From IMG/VR virus record IMGVR_UViG_3300036715_000434: DNA of 64,000 bases. One strand, written 5' to 3'. This document shows positions 29,076-39,037 of this stretch, in pieces. The notes beneath the pieces are model-generated. The model was not told the DNA's origin, did not search any database, and saw only the letters and a program-made list of their open reading frames with translations. Positions within the stretch are counted from its first letter, which is position 1; each line of letters starts with the position of its first letter. The DNA is from an uncultured virus (IMG/VR IMGVR_UViG_3300036715_000434). Its lineage: Duplodnaviria; Heunggongvirae; Uroviricota; Caudoviricetes. Both the position numbers and the translations under genes were made by a program.

Positions 29076-30826
29076 GCACTTTCCTTTCTTTGGGTTCTGG
29101 TGGGGCTGGCTCGTCGCCGTACGTCATGAAGTGACGAGCTACTCGCTGTATCTGCTCTGTTCCGTTCTTGTGCATCTGGCTCCTTAGTTGCTGAGATATA
29201 CAGGCCCGATTGATCGAACTTGCTCCAGCCCTCCTTGGTCTTGATGACGCCGGAGTGGCCGTCGAAGTTCCCGTAGCCCAGGCTCCGGTGGTCGATGATC
29301 CAAATCTGCCGACCCTCGGCCTTAGCCCGCTGTGCCAGGCTATCAAGTAGATCAGTCACCCCCTGGCCACCCATCCACTGCGTTGGCTCGTCCCAGAACT
29401 CGACGTTGAAGGTGGTGCCGGTGCGGGCCCGGATGAGGTTTCCGAGGCCCTGCTGCGTAGCGACGCGCAATCGCTGGCTCTCTCCCCCTGACCATGCCTC
29501 CCAAGGCACTAGGCGGCTGTTGTGGGGGCTCTGTACGAAGACGTTGAAGCCTCGCTGGATCGACCCGGACTTGGTCTCGCGGTCAACCTCGAACTTCAGC
29601 TCCCAGTCAACCAGACCGAGTGAGGCAACGCAGCTGTTCACCTCGATCTCAAGTTGCTGCAGGGTCTCACTGATGAGTCCGAGTCGGATCTCCTTGAAGC
29701 CCCTGACCCAGTAGCTGTTGATCCTGAGTTGCGTGTCAGCGTCATCAAGCTGGCGTTCAAGTCGTGACAGATCCCGCTTGACCTGGGTGCGAGCTTGATC
29801 GACTCTAGCCAGCATGTCGGTGAACGGGCTCTTACGTCGCTCGGTCTTCTCTGCGTCCTCTTCGATGCGATCCAGGGTCTGCTCAATCTGCGCAAGCTCC
29901 CGAGTGAAGCGCCTGACCTCGGCGTCTGCATCGTCGACCGCTCGCAATCGGGTCTTCAGGTCTTCAGCGTGGCTGCACCCAACGGCCTGGCCGCATTCTG
30001 GGCAGACCTTCTTGGAGTTCTCGGCCTTCTCCAGGTAGATGCCATACATGTTTCTGGCCGCCCCGGCGCGGGTTTCTGCTTCCTTGATGGCTTCGGCCTT
30101 GGCTTTGCTGACCCTGATCATCCTGGCGTGCTCGTCAGCCAACGAGTCAAGCTCTCGCTGCTGACTGGCCTTCCACTTGGCCTCTTGTGCGTCTAGGTCA
30201 TCCGTTGTCAGGGCCTCCAGCTGGCCTTTGAGCCCGGCCGCCTCACGCTCGATGCGTCGGCAGACCACATCCCACTCGTTTGCTTTCTTGCTGGCCTTGG
30301 CCGCGTAGTCGAGCCACCGGTCCAGGCCCATCACCTCGGAGAACAACGCGGCCTTGGCTTCGGCCTTGAGGTCCAGGAACATCGGCTGCGCCTGAGCCAT
30401 CATCACGCAGTTGAGAAACGGGGTGAAGTCCAGTCGAAGATCCGCCAGCAGAGGGTTCGAGTCCTTGGCCAGGTCGTGCACCGTGCCGTCATGTAGCTCT
30501 GTCAAGGTCCAGCTGTTTGGGCTCCATGTCCGGATTATGCGAAAAGGGAATAGGCCATCGCTGACGTAGTCGAAGGCAACCGCCGCCCCCTTACCAACGT
30601 CCCAGTTCGCCGCGTCGGCGGCCTTGAGCCCTCGCGTGGTCTTGCCGAAGATGACCCAGCAGAGCGCGTCGAGTAGCTTGGTCTTGCCAGCCCCATTCGC
30701 TCCCAGGCGTGGCTGCTCTTGGTTGTCGCCCCACAAGAAGTAGAACCCAGGTCCTTCAGGAAAGTGAAAGGTCTGGGTCTCCTTGAACGGACCGAAATTG
30801 GTCAGGCTGATCGACACCGGGGTCAT
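29072..30826 (-). CDS. SbcC/Rad50-like (gp46-like) recombination ATPase
   Basis: NGAGKT Walker A, CPECG zinc hook, WSGGE signature, FWDEP Walker B, IDH. Confidence 0.9.
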   Translation of the reverse strand: MTPVSISLTNFGPFKETQTFHFPEGPGFYFLWGDNQEQPRLGANGAGKTKLLDALCWVIFGKTTRGLKAADAANWDVGKGAAVAFDYVSDGLFPFRIIRTWSPNSWTLTELHDGTVHDLAKDSNPLLADLRLDFTPFLNCVMMAQAQPMFLDLKAEAKAALFSEVMGLDRWLDYAAKASKKANEWDVVCRRIEREAAGLKGQLEALTTDDLDAQEAKWKASQQRELDSLADEHARMIRVSKAKAEAIKEAETRAGAARNMYGIYLEKAENSKKVCPECGQAVGCSHAEDLKTRLRAVDDADAEVRRFTRELAQIEQTLDRIEEDAEKTERRKSPFTDMLARVDQARTQVKRDLSRLERQLDDADTQLRINSYWVRGFKEIRLGLISETLQQLEIEVNSCVASLGLVDWELKFEVDRETKSGSIQRGFNVFVQSPHNSRLVPWEAWSGGESQRLRVATQQGLGNLIRARTGTTFNVEFWDEPTQWMGGQGVTDLLDSLAQRAKAEGRQIWIIDHRSLGYGNFDGHSGVIKTKEGWSKFDQSGLYISATKEPDAQERNRADTASSSSLHDVRRRASPTRTQRKESA

Positions 30827-31833
30827 TTGATTAGCTCCAGGCCCACGTCATAGGCTTCACCGCCCAACCCTTCACGCTCAACATAGGCCAAGATCGCGTC
30901 AGGATCGCTCTGGCGCGACGAGGAGGCATTCCCCCCGCCTACCCTATGCCGCTGCCGTTCCGATCGGTCTATGACGAGCTGAACATCCTCCAGCTCGACC
31001 TTGAATCGCCCGAGTTGCTTCACAGCGTCGGCCTTGATGCGCCTCCAGTCGGCCTTCTCCGCCTCGGCCAGCGTGACCACCAACTTGACCTGATCACCTG
31101 GCTTGAGCCAATCGACCCCGTGAAGCTCTTTCAACGACCGGATGCGCAGGGTGACCCGGCTGATGCCTTCGTAGAAGAGGTCGACGGCTCGGTTGCGGGA
31201 GTCGAGCAGGATGCAGCGGGGCCTGAAGTTGTCGCCGAAGTGCACGTGGTATGGGCTGCCCACGTATTCGACCGATCCGATGACCTGGGGAACGTGAATG
31301 TCGCCCGAGTAGACCTTGCCTGCGTTCAGGGGCGGCAGTTCCTCACCATCCATCTCCTGACCGTTGCTGGCAATCGACCCCTTGACCGTCTGGTGCATGA
31401 AAAGGTAGTCGTAGTGGCTGAAGTCCATTGAGGCCCACTCCGTCGCTGGGGTCTTCGAGTGAGGGAGCAGGTAGACTGACGGCCCTTTGCCATCGTCAGG
31501 CAGCTCGGTCGGCGCCGTGACGAACTTGATGTTGGGGATGTTGTTCAGGAAGTTGAAGTAGCTGTGCCCGGCCCGCAGGTAGTCGTGGTTGCCCTGAAGG
31601 ATCACGATCTCGACGCCCAGCCAGGTGATGACTGACAGAGCCTCGACGATGCCATTGGTCAGCTCGGCCGGGTGGTAGTCCTTGGCGTCAGTCAGATCGC
31701 CCAGGATGAACAGGGTCTTAACCTGCTCGGAGACGCACTCGTTTGCGAGCCACCTCATGAACTGCCACCTGTATGCGTCGCGCGGGTTCGAGGTGAGGTG
31801 AAGGTCGCTGCATATCAATGCTGGGAGTTTCAT
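30823..31833 (-). CDS. SbcD/Mre11-like (gp47-like) nuclease
   Basis: SDLH, GDL.D, GNHD, MHQ, SGDIH, YVGSP metallophosphoesterase motifs. Confidence 0.9.
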   Translation of the reverse strand: MKLPALICSDLHLTSNPRDAYRWQFMRWLANECVSEQVKTLFILGDLTDAKDYHPAELTNGIVEALSVITWLGVEIVILQGNHDYLRAGHSYFNFLNNIPNIKFVTAPTELPDDGKGPSVYLLPHSKTPATEWASMDFSHYDYLFMHQTVKGSIASNGQEMDGEELPPLNAGKVYSGDIHVPQVIGSVEYVGSPYHVHFGDNFRPRCILLDSRNRAVDLFYEGISRVTLRIRSLKELHGVDWLKPGDQVKLVVTLAEAEKADWRRIKADAVKQLGRFKVELEDVQLVIDRSERQRHRVGGGNASSSRQSDPDAILAYVEREGLGGEAYDVGLELIK

Positions 31834-32305
31834 TGTTGTTCATCCGATGGAGCATAAGGTCGTGGATGGCCAGGGCGTCAGCTTCGTTGTCGTCGGCTGG
31901 CTTGAAGCCGCGCTCGCGGGCGATCTTCAGCATCACATCCTTGCCGGCGTTGCCCTTACCGGTCCAGTGCTTCTTGATAGTGCCAGCCGGGATCGGCTCA
32001 TAGTTGACGTTGTTGGCCTCGCACCAGGAGGTGAGGGTAGCGAGGAAGCCGCCGTAGACATGACCCGCTGCAACTGAGGCGGGGTGCTGCTTCACTTCCT
32101 CGAAGGCCAGCCACTCGATGCCGTTGGAGAGCTTCTGCATCTCGTCGAGCCAGCGCGAGAACTTGAGGTAGCGCATGCCGGCCCCTTCGTTGCTGCGTGG
32201 CTTGAACGACTGGGATCCGCTCTGCTGCTGGCGCTTCCCATGGGGGTTGATACTCGACATGCACCAACCGGTGGTGGTGCCCAGGTCAAGAGCCAACAAC
32301 TTCAC
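31718..32305 (-). CDS. RuvC-like Holliday junction resolvase
   Basis: LALDLGTTTGW, FEEV, IKK..TGKGNA.K, DDNEADALA; start refined to GTG 32305. Confidence 0.8.
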   Translation of the reverse strand: MKLLALDLGTTTGWCMSSINPHGKRQQQSGSQSFKPRSNEGAGMRYLKFSRWLDEMQKLSNGIEWLAFEEVKQHPASVAAGHVYGGFLATLTSWCEANNVNYEPIPAGTIKKHWTGKGNAGKDVMLKIARERGFKPADDNEADALAIHDLMLHRMNNNETPSIDMQRPSPHLEPARRIQVAVHEVARKRVRLRAG

Positions 32306-32513
32306 GGCGGATCCTTTGGGGTTGGGTGTCGCGGAGCCTTCTGCCCACGATCGCGGGTTCAGGTGGCAGCCTGGGTCTGGGGTCGAAGTACTCAGCGATA
32401 GCGTCAGCCGCCTCACTACTCCCACAAACCACGGTGACGTACTCGCCCAGGCACGAGAAGGTCTGAGCAAACCCCTCGTGCCAGGGGCCGTCTGAGTCAT
32501 GGACGACCTTCAT
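32286..32513 (-). CDS. Hypothetical protein
   Basis: Fills the gap between recA and the RuvC-like gene (MKVVHDSDGPW...). Confidence 0.4.
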   Translation of the reverse strand: MKVVHDSDGPWHEGFAQTFSCLGEYVTVVCGSSEAADAIAEYFDPRPRLPPEPAIVGRRLRDTQPQRIRREVVGS

Positions 32514-32515
32514 GC

Positions 32516-33586
32516 TTAGTACTTCTTCGATTGGGGCAGGAACGTGGTTTCGATGGCCGCCCACTCCCGGTGAATCAAGGTGGTCAGGGCCTGGCGCATC
32601 GACGCCACCTCGACGCCGCCCTTGTTGCGAAGGTTGGCCATCTTCACCTTGTAGCCGGTCTTGCTCAAGCCCAGCTCCCCTAGCAGATGCTCACGCTTGT
32701 TGTCGACCAGCCAGGTGACGCCAGCCGTCAGGTCATCGACGCCATAGCCGAAGAGAACCGGGTAGCGCGCTCGCCGGAATGGCAGGCCTACCTTGTTCTT
32801 TTTCACATAGGCCTCGACGTTCACCCCGACGATGCGGTCGATCCCATCCACCGTCTTCTTTTCCTTGCTGAGTTCAGCCAGCCACATGATCTGCGACGCG
32901 TAGAAGTCAAGCGCGCGGCCGCCGCTGCGGGTCTTGGTCTCTCCGAACGTGACGTTCAGCTTGTCACGGATTTGACTGACCACGACGAAGAGAACGCCTT
33001 GCTCCTCCATCCGGCCAACCAGCATTCGGAAGAGCTTACCGATGGCCTTGGGCTTCGCCCCGCCGTAGGAGCCCTCGTTGAAGTCCCTGCCCATCTCGGC
33101 TTCATCCGACAGGGCGTCGAGTGAGTCAATGATGTAGAGGCCCGGCTTGCCTTTGAACTTGTCGAGATGCAGCACCAGATCGTCGTACAGCTCTTCGACG
33201 GTCTCCAGGGGCTTGTCGTCGGCGTTGAACAGGATTTTGTCGATGGGGATGCCAAGAGCCCCGGCATAGGGCTTGTCGAACGCCGCCTCGGCCTCGGCAT
33301 AGCGGCACCAGCCGTCGGAGTAGTCGCGCAAGAAGTTTGCGCACAGTTCCATGGCCAAGAGCGTCTTGCCGGCCGACTTGTCGCCAACGATGTTGAGTAC
33401 ACGGCCAAGAACGGCGCCGCCTCCCAGGGCCTCGTCAACCACCATGCAACCGGTGCTGACGAAGCGGAGCCCGTCCTTGTCTGATCCGGAGGCGAAATAA
33501 GAGGCGACTTGCGTCGCCTCTTCAACTGCCACCCGGACCCGCGACTTTGTAGGCGTTTCAGCCTTCAATGCTTTGCGGGTCGCCAT
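32516..33586 (-). CDS. recA: RecA/UvsX-like recombinase
   Basis: STG...D.ALGGG, GDKSAGKT Walker A, IIDSL, SQIRD, GG.AL.FYAS, KNKVG.PFR. Confidence 0.9.
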   Translation of the reverse strand: MATRKALKAETPTKSRVRVAVEEATQVASYFASGSDKDGLRFVSTGCMVVDEALGGGAVLGRVLNIVGDKSAGKTLLAMELCANFLRDYSDGWCRYAEAEAAFDKPYAGALGIPIDKILFNADDKPLETVEELYDDLVLHLDKFKGKPGLYIIDSLDALSDEAEMGRDFNEGSYGGAKPKAIGKLFRMLVGRMEEQGVLFVVVSQIRDKLNVTFGETKTRSGGRALDFYASQIMWLAELSKEKKTVDGIDRIVGVNVEAYVKKNKVGLPFRRARYPVLFGYGVDDLTAGVTWLVDNKREHLLGELGLSKTGYKVKMANLRNKGGVEVASMRQALTTLIHREWAAIETTFLPQSKKY

Positions 33587-33589
33587 GGA

Positions 33590-34810
33590 TCAACCCTCGC
33601 GACGCCGGCGCATCTCGGCCAGCTTGCCACGGCCTTCGTCTTCGTCCTTGGATTCACGGCCACCGCGGCGCGAGCCACGATCGTCATCATCGTCCTTCAC
33701 AGAGGCGCGACCGCGGTTGGGCTTCTCGATGTCGAGTTCCTTGCAGATCGCATCGGCGAGCTCTTCGTCAGAATCGAACTTGTTGGGGTTCACCTTCAAG
33801 TCGTGCTCGTCGACCAGAGCTTCCAGCTCGGAGCCGGTCATGTCGTGAACATCGGCCCAGGAGAAGTCCGGGTCAGCCGGCTTGTCATACTTCTCGGTCT
33901 CACGGCGCCGCGAATCACGATCGTCATCATCGTGGCCACGGCGGGTCTTGTAGTCACGATCATCATCGCGCCCTCGGGCTGGCTTGCGATCATCGTCACG
34001 ATCATCGTCGCGGCTCCGTTCCTTGTGTGAGCCGCCACCACCGAAGGCCTTGGCGATGTGATCGTAATCGTAGTAGACCAGCGTCTCGGGCAGAGGGGTT
34101 TCCACGGCCTCTTCAAGCCACCGGTCGTTGCCAAGGCTCGATTCACGTCGGGCCACGGCGATGCCCAGGTACTCGGTGCGATCCTTCGCGCCTTTCTTCT
34201 CGAACTCGACATCGTAGCCTTCGTCCGGGTTGTCGATAGGAAGCACTTCGCCGCTCTTCTTGTCGACGCTAATCTTGCAGATGTCGCGGTCAACCGTCCA
34301 GGGCATCGCCCAGGCTTGCAGGCCTTCCTTCTCGTTGTCGCGGTCAATGACGTAGACCAGAACCCGGCGCTTCGGCTCAAGTTCCTTGGCGAGCTTCTCG
34401 TCGCCGTCGTTCTGGGCCATCTTGCGCTCTTCGCAGATGGGGCACTTCTCGTCCTTCATCTTGTGCAGGCACAGGTAGGTCTGGCGATCCGGGCCGACGC
34501 CATAGTGCACGTAGATGTCGAGGCCGTAGTGCTTGGGCTTGGCCCAGGTCGGCGGCAGGATGCGGATCGTGTTGTCCTTGTCGTTGGGCTTGAACATCTT
34601 GACCGACTCGACGAGGTACTTGTCGAACTCGTTGGCGCCCTGACTTGAACGCTTGTCGATATCGGCCTTGCTGCGGCCTTCGTAGCGGTAGCTCGACCTG
34701 CCAGAAGACCGGCCGCCACGATCATCGTCACGGCTGCTGGAACGGCGCGAGCCACGATCGTCATCATCACGGCTTGAACGGCGCGAGCCACGGTCATCAT
34801 CTCTTGACAT
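33590..34810 (-). CDS. T4 gp32-like single-stranded DNA-binding protein with Arg/Asp low-complexity termini
   Basis: IRILPP, H.......C......CPICE, ID.PDEGYD core; RDDDDRGSRR repeats. Confidence 0.75.
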   Translation of the reverse strand: MSRDDDRGSRRSSRDDDDRGSRRSSSRDDDRGGRSSGRSSYRYEGRSKADIDKRSSQGANEFDKYLVESVKMFKPNDKDNTIRILPPTWAKPKHYGLDIYVHYGVGPDRQTYLCLHKMKDEKCPICEERKMAQNDGDEKLAKELEPKRRVLVYVIDRDNEKEGLQAWAMPWTVDRDICKISVDKKSGEVLPIDNPDEGYDVEFEKKGAKDRTEYLGIAVARRESSLGNDRWLEEAVETPLPETLVYYDYDHIAKAFGGGGSHKERSRDDDRDDDRKPARGRDDDRDYKTRRGHDDDDRDSRRRETEKYDKPADPDFSWADVHDMTGSELEALVDEHDLKVNPNKFDSDEELADAICKELDIEKPNRGRASVKDDDDDRGSRRGGRESKDEDEGRGKLAEMRRRREG

Positions 34811-34928
34811 GGTTGTTTCTCTCGTAGTGGTGTTTCGATTGAAAGAAAGCAGCGGTCACCAATCTCGCTGCCAGGTAAATACCCAGGATGGCTATCAGGA
34901 CATAGCCCAGGATCTCAAGTATTGACAA
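34797..34928 (-). CDS. Small single-TM membrane peptide
   Basis: GAGGAG RBS before TTG 34928; ILGYVLIAILGIYLAA hydrophobic run. Confidence 0.5.
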   Translation of the reverse strand: MSILEILGYVLIAILGIYLAARLVTAAFFQSKHHYERNNHVKR

Positions 34929-35433
34929 GGGTTCTCCTCTTGGTCCCGTCGACCTCCTTTGTGGCGCGCCTAATGGCTTGCCGGATTGAATCGCGTGCGG
35001 TATCCGGCCCCGACGCGGTGTTGATGGCGAAGTACTGATGGCCGAATAGGTCGGCCATGGAGCGGAGGTCGAAGCTTCGTTGCTTCCAGGCGGTCTGGGC
35101 GGCCTCCCACTCACCCTCCTCACACTGCGCGAGGTGCATCTCTTGCCAAAGGTGCTGCCAGGCCGGGTCACGCTTGGCCCCCTTCTCGGCCACGGGGTTG
35201 CTCATCTTTGGGTCATCCTCCTTCAGCTCGGCAATGAGCTTGGCTTCAAGCGTATCAAGCCGCCGCTTGAGGTCTCTGACGGCGCCAGCTCGGTGAGCCA
35301 CCTCGCGCCCGATCTCCTCCATCACGGCAGAGTTGGTCGTCAAGTGATCGTCGAGCCTATGCCGGTTGATTGGCAACAGGGCCCGTACTTCTGAGAGTTC
35401 CATAACACCTTCAGTCGAAGAGTAGGTTTCCAA
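34915..35433 (-). CDS. UvsY-like recombination mediator (helical); true start possibly 35403
   Basis: L.I....LD....N, coiled coil, AWKQRSF.L pattern; near SSB and RecA. Confidence 0.55.
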   Translation of the reverse strand: METYSSTEGVMELSEVRALLPINRHRLDDHLTTNSAVMEEIGREVAHRAGAVRDLKRRLDTLEAKLIAELKEDDPKMSNPVAEKGAKRDPAWQHLWQEMHLAQCEEGEWEAAQTAWKQRSFDLRSMADLFGHQYFAINTASGPDTARDSIRQAIRRATKEVDGTKRRTLVNT

Positions 35434-36391
35434 AGGCCAGCAGCAGCGGGGCGAGTTTGTCCGAGGTCATGAACGGCTTAGAGAAACACGACATGATGTC
35501 GAGTATCCGTATCGCCTCCTTCTCTGACTTCGCCCCCATAGCGCAGGCCGCCAGGTAGTTCACGATAACTATACGGGTCGATTCAGGATTGATGTCGGGT
35601 ATCGCTTTCAGAATCTCCACCAGCCGGCGCCATTCCAAACCCCCTTTGATGAGCAATCGGCAGAGGTCGATAACCTCCTTGTTCTCCAGGGGTGTTTCGA
35701 GCAATCGGCCGGCTTCGTCGAGGTCTCGGCAGTCCTGGAGCATCGACAGCATGACCAGAGCCTGCCTAGGAGAGCCGGAACAGGCCCTTCCTGCCAGTTC
35801 TACGATGTTCGTGGGGGTTGATAGCCCCTCGGCCTCGCAAACGCTCTCAAGCAGGTCCATCACATCGTCGAATTTGACGGTCTTCAGCATGTAGCTGTGG
35901 CAGCGCGTGACGATCGTCTCGGGCACCTTGCCTGATTCTGTGGTGCACAGAAAGAAGAAAATATGCGGGGGTGGCTCCTCGATGGGTTTCAGCATCGCCT
36001 GCCAAGCGGCCTTACTCAGAGAATGGCACTCGTCGATGATGATGGCCTTGTTCGGGCTCGTGCCAAACCCCTGGTACCTCAAGGTCGACATAACCTCCTT
36101 CATCGCGTCGATTCCGCTATTACCTGCGGCGTCGACTTCGAGTATGTTGGCCGGCTGGCAATTCAACTCCGCCGCCATGATCCGGGACAGGGTCGTCTTG
36201 CCACAACCACTAGGGCCGGTGAACAGGAACGCGTGGGGCCTCGTAGCTTGCTTGGCCAGGGCCTTCAGCGACTTGGTGACGGCGTCCTGGCCGATGACCT
36301 TGTCGAGGCTCAGAGGGCGGTACTTGATGTGGAAGGGTTCGTCGTGGGATTCGACGGTCTTGGGCTCTTCAATTTTGCGGCGGGTGGTCAT
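35411..36391 (-). CDS. Clamp loader AAA+ ATPase (DnaX/RFC-like)
   Basis: KYRP..L....GQ, FTGPSGCGKTT, IIDECH, LK.IEEPP, TRC, GSPRQAL. Confidence 0.92.
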   Translation of the reverse strand: MTTRRKIEEPKTVESHDEPFHIKYRPLSLDKVIGQDAVTKSLKALAKQATRPHAFLFTGPSGCGKTTLSRIMAAELNCQPANILEVDAAGNSGIDAMKEVMSTLRYQGFGTSPNKAIIIDECHSLSKAAWQAMLKPIEEPPPHIFFFLCTTESGKVPETIVTRCHSYMLKTVKFDDVMDLLESVCEAEGLSTPTNIVELAGRACSGSPRQALVMLSMLQDCRDLDEAGRLLETPLENKEVIDLCRLLIKGGLEWRRLVEILKAIPDINPESTRIVIVNYLAACAMGAKSEKEAIRILDIMSCFSKPFMTSDKLAPLLLAFGNLLFD

Positions 36392-36394
36392 GGT

Positions 36395-39025
36395 TCAGAT
36401 ATACGGGTTAGGGTGGCCAAACAGAACGTCGCTCCGATACTTCGCTATCTCCTTAAGATCGCTCCAGCGGGTGCCGACAGAGACCTCGACGACTAGAGGA
36501 ACGTTGATCCAATCAAAGCGTGGCAGGCACATCTCGCGCACGATGATGTCGATCTTTCTTTCAATCGTCGCGTCGCACAGGATCGTCGACAGATCATCGT
36601 GAACGTTCAGGCTGGGTTGCAGCTCAATGTCGTCCTCAAGGTCAGCCCGCTCCGACAGGGCGTTCATGCCTTCAAGCACGATGTCAGCCGCGGTCCCCTG
36701 GATCGGCATGTTGATGATCTCGTTAGGCGTCATGGGACCCCGGCGCCGCCGGCCTGACATGGTCTCCACGTACAGGTTCTTCTCGTAGCTCTTCAGCAGC
36801 TTGGCCTGCCACTTCTTCACGCCGGGGAACTGATCCCAGAACTCAGCGCCAAGAGCTTCAGCCACCGAGTCAGGCAGGTGCAACTGCTCTGCACACGAGC
36901 GCAGGCTCGATCCGAAGAGTTGAGGGAAGACCCAGTTGTTCTTCGACTCCTGACGAAGCGTCTTGAGCCCCTTCTCGGCCCAATCTACCTCGAACTCCTC
37001 GACGATCCAATCCTTGATCGCCGGGTACTCCTCGACCATGCGTTGCGCCCAGAAGCCGTGAACGTCGTAGTCCGTCCAGCAGTACTTCACGAGGTTCGAG
37101 TCCTCGCTGGCCATGCCCACCACCCGGAACTCGATCTGCCCGTAGTCGGCCGCCACGATCCAGCCGCTGCCTGAGTGAACGATGCCCCGTATATCCTTGT
37201 GCTTTCGCTTGGGCCAGTTCTGGATGTTTGGGTCGAAGGAGGCCAGCCGGCCGGTGACCGCGACCATGGACGAGTACTTCGAGTGGATCAAGCCATCAGC
37301 AGAGATGACCTGACCACTCAAGACAGGGGCCAGGTAGGTGCTCCTCAGCTTCTCGATGCCGCGATGCTCCAGGATCATGTGAGCAGAGGGCACCAAGTTG
37401 CGAGGGATCTGGGAGAGCACCGACTCGTCAGATGAGTGCGTGATCTTGCCGTCACGATCTGCCTTGCGAGTCTCGTCACGATCGCAGACATCACGCATCA
37501 GTCGAAGGACGTGGTCTGAGTTGGTGGGACTGAAGCTGCCGAAGCGCGCGGTGTACTTCTTCACCTCAGGTGTGGCCCGAAGCCGGCCCTCGATCTCCTT
37601 GACTTGCTTGTGGAGCTTCGATTCCAGATCAACAGCGAAGTCGATGTCTGTTGGCAGGCCTTTGCTCTCCGTCATCACAAGGGTGGGGCACAGCCTGACC
37701 TTCCGCTCGTACTCGGCCCACTGTGAATCGGCCTGGCTCTTGAGCTTGGGTTCAAGATCACGAGCAAGCAGGTCGGTCCATTTGGTGTCTAGAGCGTTGT
37801 AGCGCAGGATCTCCTTGATGGGGTACTCAAGCCACCACTTCGGGCGCTTCACGTCGACCCGGCTCTGATCCTTCAGGTTGAAGCCGAAGCGAATCCGGGT
37901 CTGTATGTCGAGGCTCTTGGTCCCCTCGCGCTCGTCTAGGGTGTGGCACATGGCCATGGTGTCGCCCCACTCCGTTCGGCGCAGAAGTTGCCGGCCGTAG
38001 AAGAACGCCAGCCATTCCTGCTCAAAGCTGAGGTTGTGCGCGATCTTCCGGCCGGAGAGCAGCAGGTACTCGCCGAAGAGGTCGCGCACCTTGGCAATAC
38101 GTGAAGCAGTCCCCCAGCCGTCAGGGTGGTCGATGCTGAAGCCTACCGTCCGCTCGAACGACCCGACCGCGGCCGTCAGCATAAGTGGCGCCTCCATGTA
38201 GGGGCGGAGGCCACTGGTCTCGATGTCGACGCTTGACTGCTTGATGCCAGCCAGGTCTGCTAGGGCTCGTTCAAGCCTCTGGAAGTCCCCAGGCTCTTGC
38301 CCGGTGATGTATTCGATCCCGCGGTCGTATGGGGCCTCGTAGATCGTCGGGGCCTCAAGCTCTTGCCGATGCAGCAGGTCCTCAATGAAGGCCGTGTCGT
38401 GCTCCATGGCGAGCTCGTACTCCGACTTGCCGTACTTCTTTTTCTTGAACACGTAGTTCGGCCAGAGTATCGGGTAGTACCAGCACTTGTGCTCGCCGAT
38501 CTTGGTAGCGATGAGCTGGCCCCGGAAGCGCATCGCGCCACCACTGATGCCAGTTGCCCAGAGCAGCGCCTGATCACCAACCCCGATCACCACCAGAGGC
38601 TTGGTGCGTTCGATGTCTGATGTGATGCGGGGCCGACAGCACTCGATCTCGATCACATCGACCTTTAGATTCCGTTCGCCCTCGTCGTTGAGCAGTGGCA
38701 TGCACTGGGTCATGTGGCCGAAGCGCAGATCGTTGCGCATGAACCCCTTGGAGAACTTGGAGAGGATTGCCGAGCCGGCCTCCCCCACCCAGTGCTTGTT
38801 GGCCCGGTCCTCGTCAGCATTGGGTCCGGATCCCATCAAGTAGGCCATCGGATGTTCAGCGCCCTCCGGCTCAAGCTGAGGGGAAGCCAATCTCGGCCAA
38901 TCCTTTCGGCGGGGGCAAACGTCGCACCCCATCTTGTTCAGTGAGTTGATGGGGATGATCCCCTTGCCTGAGTGCGCAGGCTTCGCCTTTGCGGCCTTCT
39001 TGGCCTCTGCGTAGAAGAACGACAT
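36395..39025 (-). CDS. Family A DNA polymerase with an N-terminal family-4 UDG-like domain and a 3'-5' exonuclease (SPO1-type architecture)
   Basis: C..C, G.GP..DED, CCRP UDG-like N-terminus; DIETSG, HN..F, YNALD exonuclease; TGRLAS.DPNIQN, ADYGQIE.R, N.PIQGTAADI, VHDD. Confidence 0.92.
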   Translation of the reverse strand: MSFFYAEAKKAAKAKPAHSGKGIIPINSLNKMGCDVCPRRKDWPRLASPQLEPEGAEHPMAYLMGSGPNADEDRANKHWVGEAGSAILSKFSKGFMRNDLRFGHMTQCMPLLNDEGERNLKVDVIEIECCRPRITSDIERTKPLVVIGVGDQALLWATGISGGAMRFRGQLIATKIGEHKCWYYPILWPNYVFKKKKYGKSEYELAMEHDTAFIEDLLHRQELEAPTIYEAPYDRGIEYITGQEPGDFQRLERALADLAGIKQSSVDIETSGLRPYMEAPLMLTAAVGSFERTVGFSIDHPDGWGTASRIAKVRDLFGEYLLLSGRKIAHNLSFEQEWLAFFYGRQLLRRTEWGDTMAMCHTLDEREGTKSLDIQTRIRFGFNLKDQSRVDVKRPKWWLEYPIKEILRYNALDTKWTDLLARDLEPKLKSQADSQWAEYERKVRLCPTLVMTESKGLPTDIDFAVDLESKLHKQVKEIEGRLRATPEVKKYTARFGSFSPTNSDHVLRLMRDVCDRDETRKADRDGKITHSSDESVLSQIPRNLVPSAHMILEHRGIEKLRSTYLAPVLSGQVISADGLIHSKYSSMVAVTGRLASFDPNIQNWPKRKHKDIRGIVHSGSGWIVAADYGQIEFRVVGMASEDSNLVKYCWTDYDVHGFWAQRMVEEYPAIKDWIVEEFEVDWAEKGLKTLRQESKNNWVFPQLFGSSLRSCAEQLHLPDSVAEALGAEFWDQFPGVKKWQAKLLKSYEKNLYVETMSGRRRRGPMTPNEIINMPIQGTAADIVLEGMNALSERADLEDDIELQPSLNVHDDLSTILCDATIERKIDIIVREMCLPRFDWINVPLVVEVSVGTRWSDLKEIAKYRSDVLFGHPNPYI

Positions 39026-39037
39026 CGCTCCCCCGAC

